Origin: Histomonas meleagridis 2922-C6/04-290x
Lineage: Eukaryota > Protista > Parabasalia
Assembly (NCBI GenBank): GCA_020184695.1
Contig: JAANOX010000098.1
Location: forward strand, 1 to 64,000
Length of the DNA stretch: 64,000 bases
Direction: 5' to 3'
The first letter of the stretch is position 1, and each line of letters starts with the position of its first letter. Below, piece after piece: positions 46,055-56,783 of the stretch. The position numbers were made by a program, and so were the translations under genes. The notes under the pieces are model-generated. The model was not told the DNA's origin. It ran no database searches and saw nothing but the letters and a program-made list of their open reading frames with translations.

Positions 46055-46401
46055 CGAAATGTGTAAATATTCTTTTCTTAAAATGTTCTGATTTGAGTTG
46101 GTTTTGGAAACAGTTTTTGTTGTTGGGAAGAAAAAAATTGGAAATTAACAAAAGTTTAATTAAGTTTAGACTTTGAATGATCATTAAATCTTGTTTATGT
46201 TTATTTACATAATATATATTGATATATCATACTTTGGATATGTGATATTTGCATTAATATCGATATATCATAGGCATTGATTTTTTTTTTTTACAAAATG
46301 AAAAATATTTTTTATTACAAAGGTTCTAAAAAAAAAAACAATGTTTATTTTATTATGTAGATAATGTATCTTAATTTAAACAATGATAATATGATCAATT
46401 A

Positions 46402-48240
46402 TTAAGCGAATTTAAATACCTTCTTTAAAATCATCTGCAATTGATTGGTAGACATTTTTTCATTATTTTTGATATTAACAATCATTAAATTATCACATTC
46501 ATAAAATGCTGATTCACCAATTGTTATTTCAGAATTATCAATTGTAACCATTTCTAATTTATAACATTGATAAAATGCATTTACACAAATTGTTTCAACT
46601 GATTTTGGAATCGTGATATTCATTAATGATATACATTCTCTAAATGTTGAATTTTCAATTATATTAAGTGTTGTTATTTCTTCAAAAGTAATTGATTCTA
46701 ACGAAGAACAATGAGAGAATGCTAATTCTCCAATTTCTGTTACTGAATTAGGAATTGTAATATTTGCTAATTTATTACAATTATAAAAAGATAATTCACC
46801 AATTGTTTCAACTGAATTAGGAATTGTAATATTCGTTAATGAAGTGCATTCTTTAAATACTGAATTTTCTAATGAGAGAAGACTTATATTTCCTTCAAAA
46901 GTAACAACTTCTAATTTATTACAATTATAAAATGCTGATTCACCAATTCCTGTTACTGAATTTGGAATAATAAGATTTGTTAATGAATAACAATTATAAA
47001 ATGCTGAATTTTCAATTGTAGTTAAATTATTACTAAATGTAATGTTATTTAAATTATTGCAATTATAAAATGTTGAATTTTTAATTGTAGTTAAATTTTC
47101 ATTCATTCTAATCGTTTTCAAATTGAAACTTTCATAAAATGCATTTTCTTGGATAATTTTAACAGTTTCCGGTATTTCAAATGTTTCATTAATTTTACCT
47201 GGTGGATAATAAATAATTGTAGAAATATTTTCATCATAAAGAATTCCATCATTTTCATAATTATTATAATTTTCATTTTTTATTGAAACATTAATATTTT
47301 GAAGTTTTGGACATGAAAGAAAAGCTGACGAATTAATAAAATTAATTGTTTGTGATGAAATAATAATATTTTCTAATGAAGAACAATTAAATGCATAACT
47401 ACTAATATTTTGAATATGATCTATAATTTCAATGATTTTTAATGATGGAAATAATGAAAATGAATACATTTCAATTGTTTCGATTTGTCCACCAAGAATT
47501 ATTTTATTTATATTGGAATTATTTATTTTATCAAAAATTTGATATAATGAAGATAATAAAGTAAGTTCTGTAATATTATCACATAATTCAAATGCACAGT
47601 TTGCAATTTTTTCGACATTTTCACCAATTATAAGTTTCGTTAATTTATTACAATTATAAAATGCTTTTTCACCAATAGTTGTGACATTATTTCCAATTAT
47701 AATATTTGTTAAATTATAACAATTACAAAATGATAAATCTCCAATTTCTGTTACTGAATTAGGAATTGTGATATTTAATGATATGCAATAATTAAATGCT
47801 GAATTTGCAATTATGTTAAGTGTTATATTTTCTTCAAAAATAATTGATTTTAACGAAGAACAATGAGAAAATGCGTTTTCGCCAATAATTGTTACATTAC
47901 TTCCAATTACAATATTTGTTAAATTAGAACAACCATAAAATGCTGAATCTCCAATTGTTGTAACTGATTTTCCTATTTCAACTGTTTTTAATGGTATCCA
48001 TTGATAAAATGTTTTTTCTGGAATATTAATTATTCCATCTGAAATTATAACATTTTGTGTAGCATTTTTATATTGCTCGATTTCTTCAAATTCTGTTAAA
48101 TTGGTAATTACAAGAGTTTGATTTATATCTTGAAATGATTCAAATGAATGAGTGATAAAAATAACAAAAATAAATGGAAAAAATGAGATGTTGAATTTTG
48201 ATTCATAAATTGAAGAAATATTTATCATATTGAAAAACAA
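46402..48240 (-). CDS. BspA-like leucine-rich repeat protein (no C-terminal TM seen)
   Basis: Many ITIPNSVTEIGxxAFYNCxxL repeats; hydrophobic N-terminus. Confidence 0.9.
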   Translation of the reverse strand: MFFNMINISSIYESKFNISFFPFIFVIFITHSFESFQDINQTLVITNLTEFEEIEQYKNATQNVIISDGIINIPEKTFYQWIPLKTVEIGKSVTTIGDSAFYGCSNLTNIVIGSNVTIIGENAFSHCSSLKSIIFEENITLNIIANSAFNYCISLNITIPNSVTEIGDLSFCNCYNLTNIIIGNNVTTIGEKAFYNCNKLTKLIIGENVEKIANCAFELCDNITELTLLSSLYQIFDKINNSNINKIILGGQIETIEMYSFSLFPSLKIIEIIDHIQNISSYAFNCSSLENIIISSQTINFINSSAFLSCPKLQNINVSIKNENYNNYENDGILYDENISTIIYYPPGKINETFEIPETVKIIQENAFYESFNLKTIRMNENLTTIKNSTFYNCNNLNNITFSNNLTTIENSAFYNCYSLTNLIIPNSVTGIGESAFYNCNKLEVVTFEGNISLLSLENSVFKECTSLTNITIPNSVETIGELSFYNCNKLANITIPNSVTEIGELAFSHCSSLESITFEEITTLNIIENSTFRECISLMNITIPKSVETICVNAFYQCYKLEMVTIDNSEITIGESAFYECDNLMIVNIKNNEKMSTNQLQMILKKVFKFA

Positions 48241-48369
48241 ACAGAAAAAACAATAAAAATCAATATTATAAAAATGAATATCATTAAAAATATGAAATTG
48301 TTATGTAAAAAATTGAAAAAGACACTTAACAAAGATGAAATAAATGAACAACTTTTAGCAAATTTGTTA

Positions 48370-49350
48370 TTGATAGTTAATGATGACAACTGTCGTTATA
48401 TTATTGTTTAAAATTTCTATTTTTCCATTGGGATAAGTTCGTATGTTAACAAAATAATTCAAAAATAAAAGTAAGAAATGTAGCAAGTACATTTTAGAGT
48501 GTGAAGAAACAATATAAATTTTGAACGTTAAACCCCCAAAAAATTTTGCACAAAAATTCAAAGGATGTTGTGGGCTACGGTTCAAAAAGCGGGATCGGTA
48601 AATCGATTTACCATGCCGCAAATAATTTGTTTCATCCGAAAGTCGTCACATATGAAAAGCTCCATGACATTGTAACTGATGTTAGTATTTCTCCTCCAAC
48701 TTTTTCGGTATATTTGGAAAATGCTTCGAGTGACACCAAAAAAAACTTTGCGATTTAGAGTATAACACATGGAAAGAAGGCCCAGACATCAAATTACCTT
48801 CCAACGTTCCTCTTTTTGTATATTTTTCTTTGGAATATGTACCATCGAATGAAATTGAAACAATGCTTAGAAATACACATCAATTAAGATCTTCTAAAAA
48901 GTTGAAATTGTTACCGATGTTAATGTAAAATATGAGGAAACTATGATTTTAATGAATGGAAATGATATAATATTTAAAATATTGAACAAAAAATTTATGA
49001 CTATTTTTTACATAATTTCGATGCTTTTGTCATGCGATTTATTCCTTGGTCAAATGATAATGCACTGTACTTTTTGGAATGCCTGTGATGTTAGCTATAT
49101 AACGAACTTATGCACATGGTTCTTCATCAAGTACATATAAAATTTTTTCATTTACGATTTTAATGTCGTCGAAATGTATGGTTTCATCTAACTCCTTGAC
49201 GATTTTTGATGTTTTATAATTTCTAATACATTTTGTTATTGTTGAATACGATATACAATTATCTTGTAAAGCAAGCTTCATTTCTGTGTATAGATTTTTT
49301 ATTTTTTCCCTGCAAGAAAATTTCAATTGATTTCTGGTCAAGCTCCATTT
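48370..49350 (-). mobile_element. Degenerate mariner/Tc1-family transposase remnant
   Basis: Two HTH-like segments: LYTEMKLALQDNCISYSTITKCIR and LDEEPCA*VRYIANITGIPKSTVHYHLTKE. Downstream DNA is full of stops; TIRs not identified and boundaries are approximate. Confidence 0.7.
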
Positions 49351-49517
49351 AAAATCAAAAATAAAAATTTAACGGCCATTTTCACTAAATTCGACTCATA
49401 AATATAAATTTTTTTTCAACATAAAATATTCATAATTATATATATTTTCATTATTTAAGTATGACTTATGAGGTTTATAATTAATTTTGATGATTTTCAT
49501 ATGTTTGCATGTTTATA

Positions 49518-50130
49518 TCAACTTTTGTTTTGATCTTTGAGTTGATTTTGATTATTAGCAATATACGCTTCATTTCTATTCATTATTGAAAATGAAGATT
49601 TGATATTTGTAGAAGAGGAATCTGAATTAGAATTTTCGTTCGTAATTTTTTCAAGGAGTAAATTTACTATTTCTGTGTAACCATTTTGTTTTGCAATTTG
49701 AAGTGCTGTTTCAAATTATTAAAACATATTCCAAGTTATTAAAACATATTCCAAATTATTAAAACATATTTCAAATTATGTAAGAAGTTTTTTTTACTTG
49801 ATGAATTTAGTTGAAATTAGTACGTATTTGATTTATTAGAATTAAAAAAAAATTGTAGCAGCGAATTTTACAAAAAAGATGATGAATACTTCAAATTTTT
49901 TTCTTTTAGAAATAAGAACTTTTTTTAAAAAAAAATAGTTTATTTATTGATTATTTTTTTTTCACTAAGTAATTTGTGTATTTCTTTATGACCATAATTC
50001 GATGCCAACATAAGTGCTGTATCAAATAATTTAAATAATTTCCAAATATTATTTTAAAATATCAGTTTATTGAAATAAATCATAAATAAAACAAATGGGT
50101 ATTTTTAACATTTACATCATTGGTTTTTGG
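49518..50130 (-). pseudogene. Orphan ankyrin C-terminal fragments, one 80-nt insert
   Basis: DVNVKN-[50100-50021]-TALMLASNYGHKEIHKLL; then FETALQIAKQNGYTEIVNLLLE..QNKS-stop. Confidence 0.7.
49711..49779. repeat. 20-nt tandem repeat, about 3.5 copies
   Basis: (T/C)CAA(A/G)TTATTAAAACATATT at 49711, 49731, 49751 and a partial copy at 49771. Confidence 0.9.
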
Positions 50131-51022
50131 AAATGAGGGAATATCAACAAATAAGAATTTTCTCAAATATTTTTTGTTGGGTGCATTTTCAAGCACATGG
50201 TAATAAAAATAAAATTCTAATGATTTATAAATGTATAAATTCAATTTAACAGCTTCATTGATATATAATTATCTAATGAATGATTTCATTTTTGATTAAC
50301 TTTATCATGTTAGATGAAGTAATACCATCTGCAACTACAATAGAAATCAAAACTATTACTTTTTACATATTGATCTTGATCGTAAACTAATCGACCTTGA
50401 ATTTCATTAGTATTGTTCATAAATTTATGTCTATCTTCATAAAAACCTGATATTGTATCAGTTAAAGTTTCAAATGATATTTGTCCATTGTTTTTATTTA
50501 AAGAAATTACAGTATTTTTAATTATAGAGTATAATTTTTATTAAAACGATTGATTTGATTGGCACTGTAAAGCTCCTTGGTGTTTAGAACGATCAGCAAA
50601 TACAGTTCCATTAATAACGAGGATGATTGATGAGGAGGAATAATAATTTAAATTAAAAAGGCTTCTTAAATGTTGTCATACCAAGAACTGTAAATGGTTT
50701 GAGTAAGTATATAAGTGGACTTGTTTGATGATTGAAAATAATAAATCAAGCTTTATTGTTAAAATGCCTTTATATGTAAACCACAAAATTTCAAAAGAAA
50801 GAAACTAATTCATAAAAGGTTAAATGTAACACTTATAAGAAGAAGACAACTAAACCCAAATCTCAATATAAATAAAATAATTTCAATGATTCACTCTTTT
50901 TGGTAGAACAAAATCTTTGTTCAATTACTTTGTTCCACAAACTAAAATCTTTGTTTAAAATCAAATGCATAACAATTCTTTAATAATATTAAAACAACAA
51001 TAAAAAACATTTTGAACCATAT

Positions 51023-51748
51023 TTACATTGGTCCAATAAAATGATTATGCGTTATGAATCTGGGCACATATCCTTTACTTGCCGCGACACGCGCATTTTT
51101 ATTTGAGATTATGCGCTTCAACTCAGATGTTCTTAACCCAAACATTTGCGCCATCAAATGCATGTCCATATTCGATAAATTTGAGATCTGTCCCGGTGCG
51201 TATGCATTTATTTGTGCATGCTTTAATTTGCTGATTCTGGGTTTTCTTGTCATGGCTTTGGGCTTTATTTGCTGGGGAGGTGGAATACTTGGTGGAACTA
51301 TTGTGAATCTATTGTTTGGTTCGTTATTCTGTTCTGGAATTTGAACATGAGGATAACGAGGAATTGACTCAAAGGAAAATTCAGATAAAATTGAGTTGTC
51401 ATCTTCTAGAAATGTGTTAATCCTTGGCGTGTCATTCTTACGATGTAAAATTGAGGTAATATCAAATGGTTGTTTTGAAAAATTTTCAACATTAATCAAA
51501 GGTTGAGGCAAATATTTAGTATCAACAATTAAAACATTGCTCTTTGGTGTTGGTGGTGAAGATATTTCTTCTTCTGTGTTTGAATGTATGCTTGGAAAAA
51601 CCCAATGCTCTTTGCTTTTTATTTTTTGATTTACAGGTAATGCTCCAATCTGGTGAAATGGTTTGTTATTTAAATTTGGCTGCTGTGACGCTCTGGCGTT
51701 TGTGTATTTAATGGATTTTGCCATTTGAATTGATTTTATTTGCGCCAA
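51023..51748 (-). CDS. Hypothetical low-complexity protein
   Basis: 241-aa open frame, P/N/S-rich; start uncertain. Confidence 0.65.
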   Translation of the reverse strand: MAQIKSIQMAKSIKYTNARASQQPNLNNKPFHQIGALPVNQKIKSKEHWVFPSIHSNTEEEISSPPTPKSNVLIVDTKYLPQPLINVENFSKQPFDITSILHRKNDTPRINTFLEDDNSILSEFSFESIPRYPHVQIPEQNNEPNNRFTIVPPSIPPPQQIKPKAMTRKPRISKLKHAQINAYAPGQISNLSNMDMHLMAQMFGLRTSELKRIISNKNARVAASKGYVPRFITHNHFIGPM

Positions 51749-51997
51749 ATTTTGATTGGTTTTTCATCGGCACATTCGCAATTTTTCAATATGTCATTTT
51801 TCTTCAAACAGGCAAAAATAACTGAATCATTTTTTAAAATCAAAATTTTTAAGTTTCTCTATGGTCATACAGATTTTGCTTAGTAGGAACCTTCACGTTA
51901 GCTTTAGGTTAAGGAGAAAAAGCAATGAAACATAAACAACACAATTAATAATTAATTAAATAAACATAAACAAAAAAAATTACATGAGATCAGTTGT

Positions 51998-52546
51998 TTA
52001 TTCGGTTTTAACCTTTTCATCTTTGTTTACATTCTCGTTGCTTTGATTTTTGTGAATTAAATTTTGTACAAAGGAAGAAAAATAAAGACCAGGAAGAACA
52101 TAGATTAAATGTATAACAATAAAGCAAACCCAATATGATCCCATCATTGTGAAAAGAGCAAATGCTATAAATGCTATGCTAAAGAAAATGAAATGTTTTT
52201 GGTTGGTCGGGTTTTTCATGTAATCACCAAGCCAGTTGGTTACCATAGCAATTTTTTCTTGGACCTTCTGCGTGATTTCCTTGACTTCAGCATTTGTTCG
52301 GATTCGATTTGGTTGATCTGGTTTATCTTCTGGAAGTGGAGCAAAGAGAACTTTTTCTAGTGATCCCATAACTATTTTGAGAATATTATATAAGATTAAA
52401 ACTAACATTAAAGTTGCACCGAAATCAAGTTTCATTGCGTAAACCAAATAAAATGTTAACTCAGTAAGAACAACAAGAATGGCCAAAACAACTGGGCGAC
52501 GCCAAAGAAGGACTTCTTGGATTTTCCGAATTGTTTCTTCCTTCAT
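51998..52546 (-). CDS. Reticulon/ARL6IP1-like ER-shaping membrane protein
   Basis: VLLWRRP followed by two long hydrophobic hairpins. Confidence 0.7.
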   Translation of the reverse strand: MKEETIRKIQEVLLWRRPVVLAILVVLTELTFYLVYAMKLDFGATLMLVLILYNILKIVMGSLEKVLFAPLPEDKPDQPNRIRTNAEVKEITQKVQEKIAMVTNWLGDYMKNPTNQKHFIFFSIAFIAFALFTMMGSYWVCFIVIHLIYVLPGLYFSSFVQNLIHKNQSNENVNKDEKVKTE

Positions 52547-52871
52547 CTGAAATTCTATTTTACTTTTTCTGAGCTGTCAAATGAAATGAATTGAATAATT
52601 CAATTGTCAAAAGCCGATAAACGATAGAATAATGTGAGACACTTTTTGAATTTTACAGAGGCGGATGAAAAAGGAATTTCTCTAAACTGTTATATTTAAT
52701 TTAGTTGTACGTTGGTTAAGTTTAGATTCATGCAATGCTTCAACATTAAAATGTTTAAATTATAATTTCTGGGTTAAATGTTTTATTTTTTGTGCTGATC
52801 TCTGATTAAAAGTTTTTTGAATTTTTGTTGTGTTTTAACGGTCAATTAGATTTTTTATAGACCTCAGTCAA

Positions 52872-55582
52872 ATGGATCAAACACCAAAACAAAATTTAAA
52901 GTTATCCAATTGGAAAAACATCCAAAAAATCCAGGAAATGATTTTTAGTTTAAATAAAGAAAACATTTCACAAATAGCACTTTCGGTCATTCCTTTTTTT
53001 GATTATAATTACCCTTACTCTTTTAATCTTATGATAGGTCAAATTATATATTCATTATCAATTACGAGATTAATGGATGACATTGATATATATTTAAGTT
53101 TTCTTAATGAAATTGAAACATTTGAAGAAATTAACAAAATCAACCCAAAAATATTTTCTGTATTTACATATTTCCTTCAACATAAAAAAACTCACGAATC
53201 ATATTATTTTCTTCATAATATGGTTGAACGAAATTTTATTGAAGCAAATGTTGTTCTAAAAGAAAAAAATCCATATTTTGTACAATATATGTCAGAAGAA
53301 GAAGTTTATGAAATAAAATATAGTATGATTAAAAAAAATTATGAAAAATTATCAAAGAATAATTGGGAACTTCATAAACAATTAATTAAAGAAGGGCATA
53401 ATCCAAATGAAATTGCCAAGATAATCAGAAATGATGATATAGAAAAACTTCAAGAAATGTCATCACAAAACGATTTTGATTTTGAACATTGGATTTCTCC
53501 ATCACTTTATGAAAGTTGTTCATTTATTAATAATGTATATTCATGTACACATTTAATTGATTATGCAGCATTTTTTGGATCAGTTAAATGCTTTAAATTT
53601 TTACTTATGAATGATGCAAAAGTTGAACTTACAGGTAAATATGCTGTTGCAGGTGGAAATGAAGAAATTATTCATTTGTGTGAACAGAATCATTCAAGAT
53701 TTGAATGTATACGTGAAGCAGCAATTCAATTTCACCGAAATGATATATTTCGTTATATTTATGAAAATAAACTTGACTATTATTATAAATATAATACAAA
53801 AAATTTAGAGGATTTAAAAAAATTAGGAAATTTATGTATTTTATATTATAATTATGAAATTTTATCATTTTTGATTGAGGAAGGAATGGTTTTCGAAAAT
53901 TCTATCATTCAAGCAGCAGAAATCGGGAACATATTTCTCATTAAATATTTTCGAAAGGAAAATAAAATTCCAAAAGATATTATTGTTTATTCTGCCGAAT
54001 CTGGAAACATTGAATTTGTTAAATATATACTGAAAAAAAATAAAGTTAATATAAACACAACAAACATTTTGTTGTTTTTTTATTTATTGATTATTTTAAT
54101 ATTTTGGTATTTCAAATTAACATTTGAAACAGCGCTTTTCGTGGCATCTAAAAATGGTCATACAGAAATGGTTAAATTTCTTCTTGAACAAGAAGGAATT
54201 GATGTTAATGTAAAAAATATTTAATTGTTTTATTAACTACTTGTTTTAAACATTTAGTGTTTTAAAATAAAATTTAAAAATTATTTAAATTATTTGACAC
54301 AGCACTTACATGGGCATCTCTCAATGGTCATACAGAAATAGTTAAATTACTTCTTGAAAAAGAAGGGATTGATATAAATGCGAAAGAAAATTATTCACCT
54401 TATTTAACGTTTATTTCACTTATTATATTTTTATTATTATAATATTATATATCAAAAAGATGTTTAAAGTTTATTTAGATCTTTTGAAACAGCCTTTATA
54501 AAGGCATCTAAAGAAGGACATCTAGAAATTGTTAAATTACTTCTTGAACAAAAAGGAATAGATGTTAATGCTAAAAACATTTATTTGCTTTATTCCATAT
54601 TTATTTTAATAATTTTTGGATCCTAAATAATATTTGGAAATCATTTATATTATTTTATACAGCGCTTATTTATGCATCTAAAGAAGGTCATCGAGAAATA
54701 GTTAAACTACTTCTTGAACAAGAAGGAATTGATGTTAATGCTAGAGATATTTAATTGCTTTATTTATAATTTATTTTAATAATTTGTTATTTCAAAATAA
54801 TATTTGGAAATCATTTAAATTATTTGATACAGCACTTGTTAATGCATCTGAAGAAGCTCAGATAGAAATAGTTAAATTACTTCTTGAACGAGGAGGAGTG
54901 GATATTAACTCAGCAGATATTAGTTTGTTTTGTTTGGAATTTATTTTAATAATTTAAAATTTCTAAATAATAATTGGAAATCATTTAAAATATTTTATAC
55001 AGCACTTATGAAGGCATCTTCAAAAGGTTATATAGAAATAGTTAAATTACTTCTTGAACAAGAAGGAATTGATGTTAATGCTAAAAATATTTATTCTTTT
55101 TATTTGAAATTTATTTTAATAAATTGATATTTCAAAATAATATTTGGAAATTATTTAAAATATTTAATACAGCACTTATGATAGCATCTTCAAAAGGTTA
55201 TATAGAAATAGTTAAATTACTTCTTGAACAAGAAGGAATTGATATTAATGCTAAAAATATTTATTCTTTTTATTTGAAATTTATTTATAATTTTATAGTA
55301 TTTCAAAATAATATTTGGAAATTATTTAAAATATTTAATACAGCACTTATGATAGCATCTTCAAAAGGTTATATAGAAATAGTTAAATTACTTCTTGAAC
55401 AAGAAGGAATTGATATTAATGCTAAAGAAATTTATTCTTTTTATTTGAAATTTATTTATAATTTTATAGTATTTCAAAATAATATTTGGAAATTATTTAA
55501 ATTATTTTATACAGCACTTACGATTGCATCTTCAAAAGGTTATACAGAAATAGTTAAATTACTTCTTGAACAAGAAGGATAA
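52872..55582 (+). CDS. DUF3447-type/ankyrin-repeat gene (locus 5) with 9 putative non-canonical introns
   Basis: Intact N-terminal frame, 9 open ankyrin blocks, final EQEG-TAA at 55582. CDS status depends on insert removal. Confidence 0.75.
54066..55510 (+). repeat. Array of 9 ankyrin-linker inserts (63, 80, 100, 80, 80, 80, 80, 81, 81 nt spacers)
   Basis: Examples: 54219-54298, 54579-54658, 54749-54828, 54919-54998, 55089-55168. Confidence 0.9.
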
Positions 55583-55726
55583 TTTATGCAATACTTATAT
55601 TTACTTTTTGCAGTTTTTTTTAAACATTTACATAATTTTATTGATTTTTATCATCTGGTTTCCAGAATTTTTATATCAAATGTCAGTAAATAGAAAAATT
55701 CACAATCTCTGTTTGAAAATAGTTTT

Positions 55727-56548
55727 ATGAATCCTCCGAAAGTTTTACTTCTTGATGGAGATGGCGTTATTTGGATTGATGGTACTCCAATAGAAGGTGC
55801 CATTAACTCACTTAATCGTATTCGTAAACTTGGAATTCGTCTTGTTTTAGTTACAAACAATTGCTCAAAGACTCGTTCCAAATATCTATCATTTATGGAA
55901 AATATGGGTTTGGAAGGTTTTACAGTTGATGACATTTTTTCGTCTGGTTTTGCCACAGCCAAATATTTAAATTCACATAACATATCCAAAGTCTTTGTTT
56001 CTGGTTTTCCAGGTCTCATGGATGAGCTTCGTCTTCACGACATCGAAGTTCATAATATCGAAACAGATTCTGATATCATTCCAGTCGATGCCGTTGTTGT
56101 ATCCAAATCAGACACATGTACATTTGAAGAGATCAAGCGTGGCATGAATATTATCAAGAATTATAAGTGTCCACTTATTGGCACTAATCCCGATCCTAAT
56201 TTTCCAATGCCTCACAACGTCCTCATTCCTGGCAGCGGTTCAATGGTTCGAACATTCGAGACAGCGTCACACAAAGGTGCTATTGTAATCGGTAAACCTG
56301 AAGATCCAATGTTCGAAACAGTACTCACAACACTCAACGTCTCTAAGGACGACGTGATGATGGTTGGCGACCGCATTGTGACAGACATTGCGTTTGCGGC
56401 ACAACATGGCGCAAGATCAGTACTTGTACTGTCGGGAGTGGATACTGCCGAAGATGCGGAAAGGGCAGAAGAAAGAGACAAGCCAACGTACGTACTGAAG
56501 TCACTTGTTGAAGTTGCAGATCTATTGGAGGAGATGACAAAGAAATAA
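55727..56548 (+). CDS. HAD-superfamily subfamily IIA phosphatase (NagD/p-nitrophenyl/phosphoglycolate phosphatase-like)
   Basis: LLDGDGVIW, LVTNNCSK, IGTNPD, IGKP, MMVGDRIVTDIAFA, SVLVLSGV. Confidence 0.95.
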   Translation: MNPPKVLLLDGDGVIWIDGTPIEGAINSLNRIRKLGIRLVLVTNNCSKTRSKYLSFMENMGLEGFTVDDIFSSGFATAKYLNSHNISKVFVSGFPGLMDELRLHDIEVHNIETDSDIIPVDAVVVSKSDTCTFEEIKRGMNIIKNYKCPLIGTNPDPNFPMPHNVLIPGSGSMVRTFETASHKGAIVIGKPEDPMFETVLTTLNVSKDDVMMVGDRIVTDIAFAAQHGARSVLVLSGVDTAEDAERAEERDKPTYVLKSLVEVADLLEEMTKK

Positions 56549-56783
56549 AATAAATTAGATTTATTGTTCTTTTCATGATTCCTTGGTGAAAACGATAGAA
56601 CTTTCAAAGTGACGATAATTTTTTCTGTTTTCACAATCGTTGAATTTGTCTATCGTTTGTTAACGGATTATAATTTATTGCTGTTATTAGACATTAAGAT
56701 AAAAACAAAAGATAAGATGGAATTTGATCAAACTTATTTGAGATTTTCATTATATCAAACAATAACACGAAAATAAATTTTAT

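Noticed and set aside
54219-55168. Inserts as ordinary GT-AG introns ending at ...TACAG
   Set aside because: No GT donor at the 5' boundary, no ACTAAC branch point, and the AG is absent in copies with ACG, ACA-CCA, ACT, TCA or AAT codons.
34924-55510. Short skip from AAT-ATT to the internal AAT-ATT-TGG (53 nt), translating IWKLFKIFN
   Set aside because: That frame contains stops in several copies (TGG>TAA/TGA; TAA or TGA three codons before T), so it is unlikely to be generally coding.
34813-55582. Stop-codon reassignment explaining the ankyrin interruptions
   Set aside because: 80-nt spacers shift the frame regardless of code, and intact genes end in TAA (RPS6), TGA (Rab) and TAG (DAW1).
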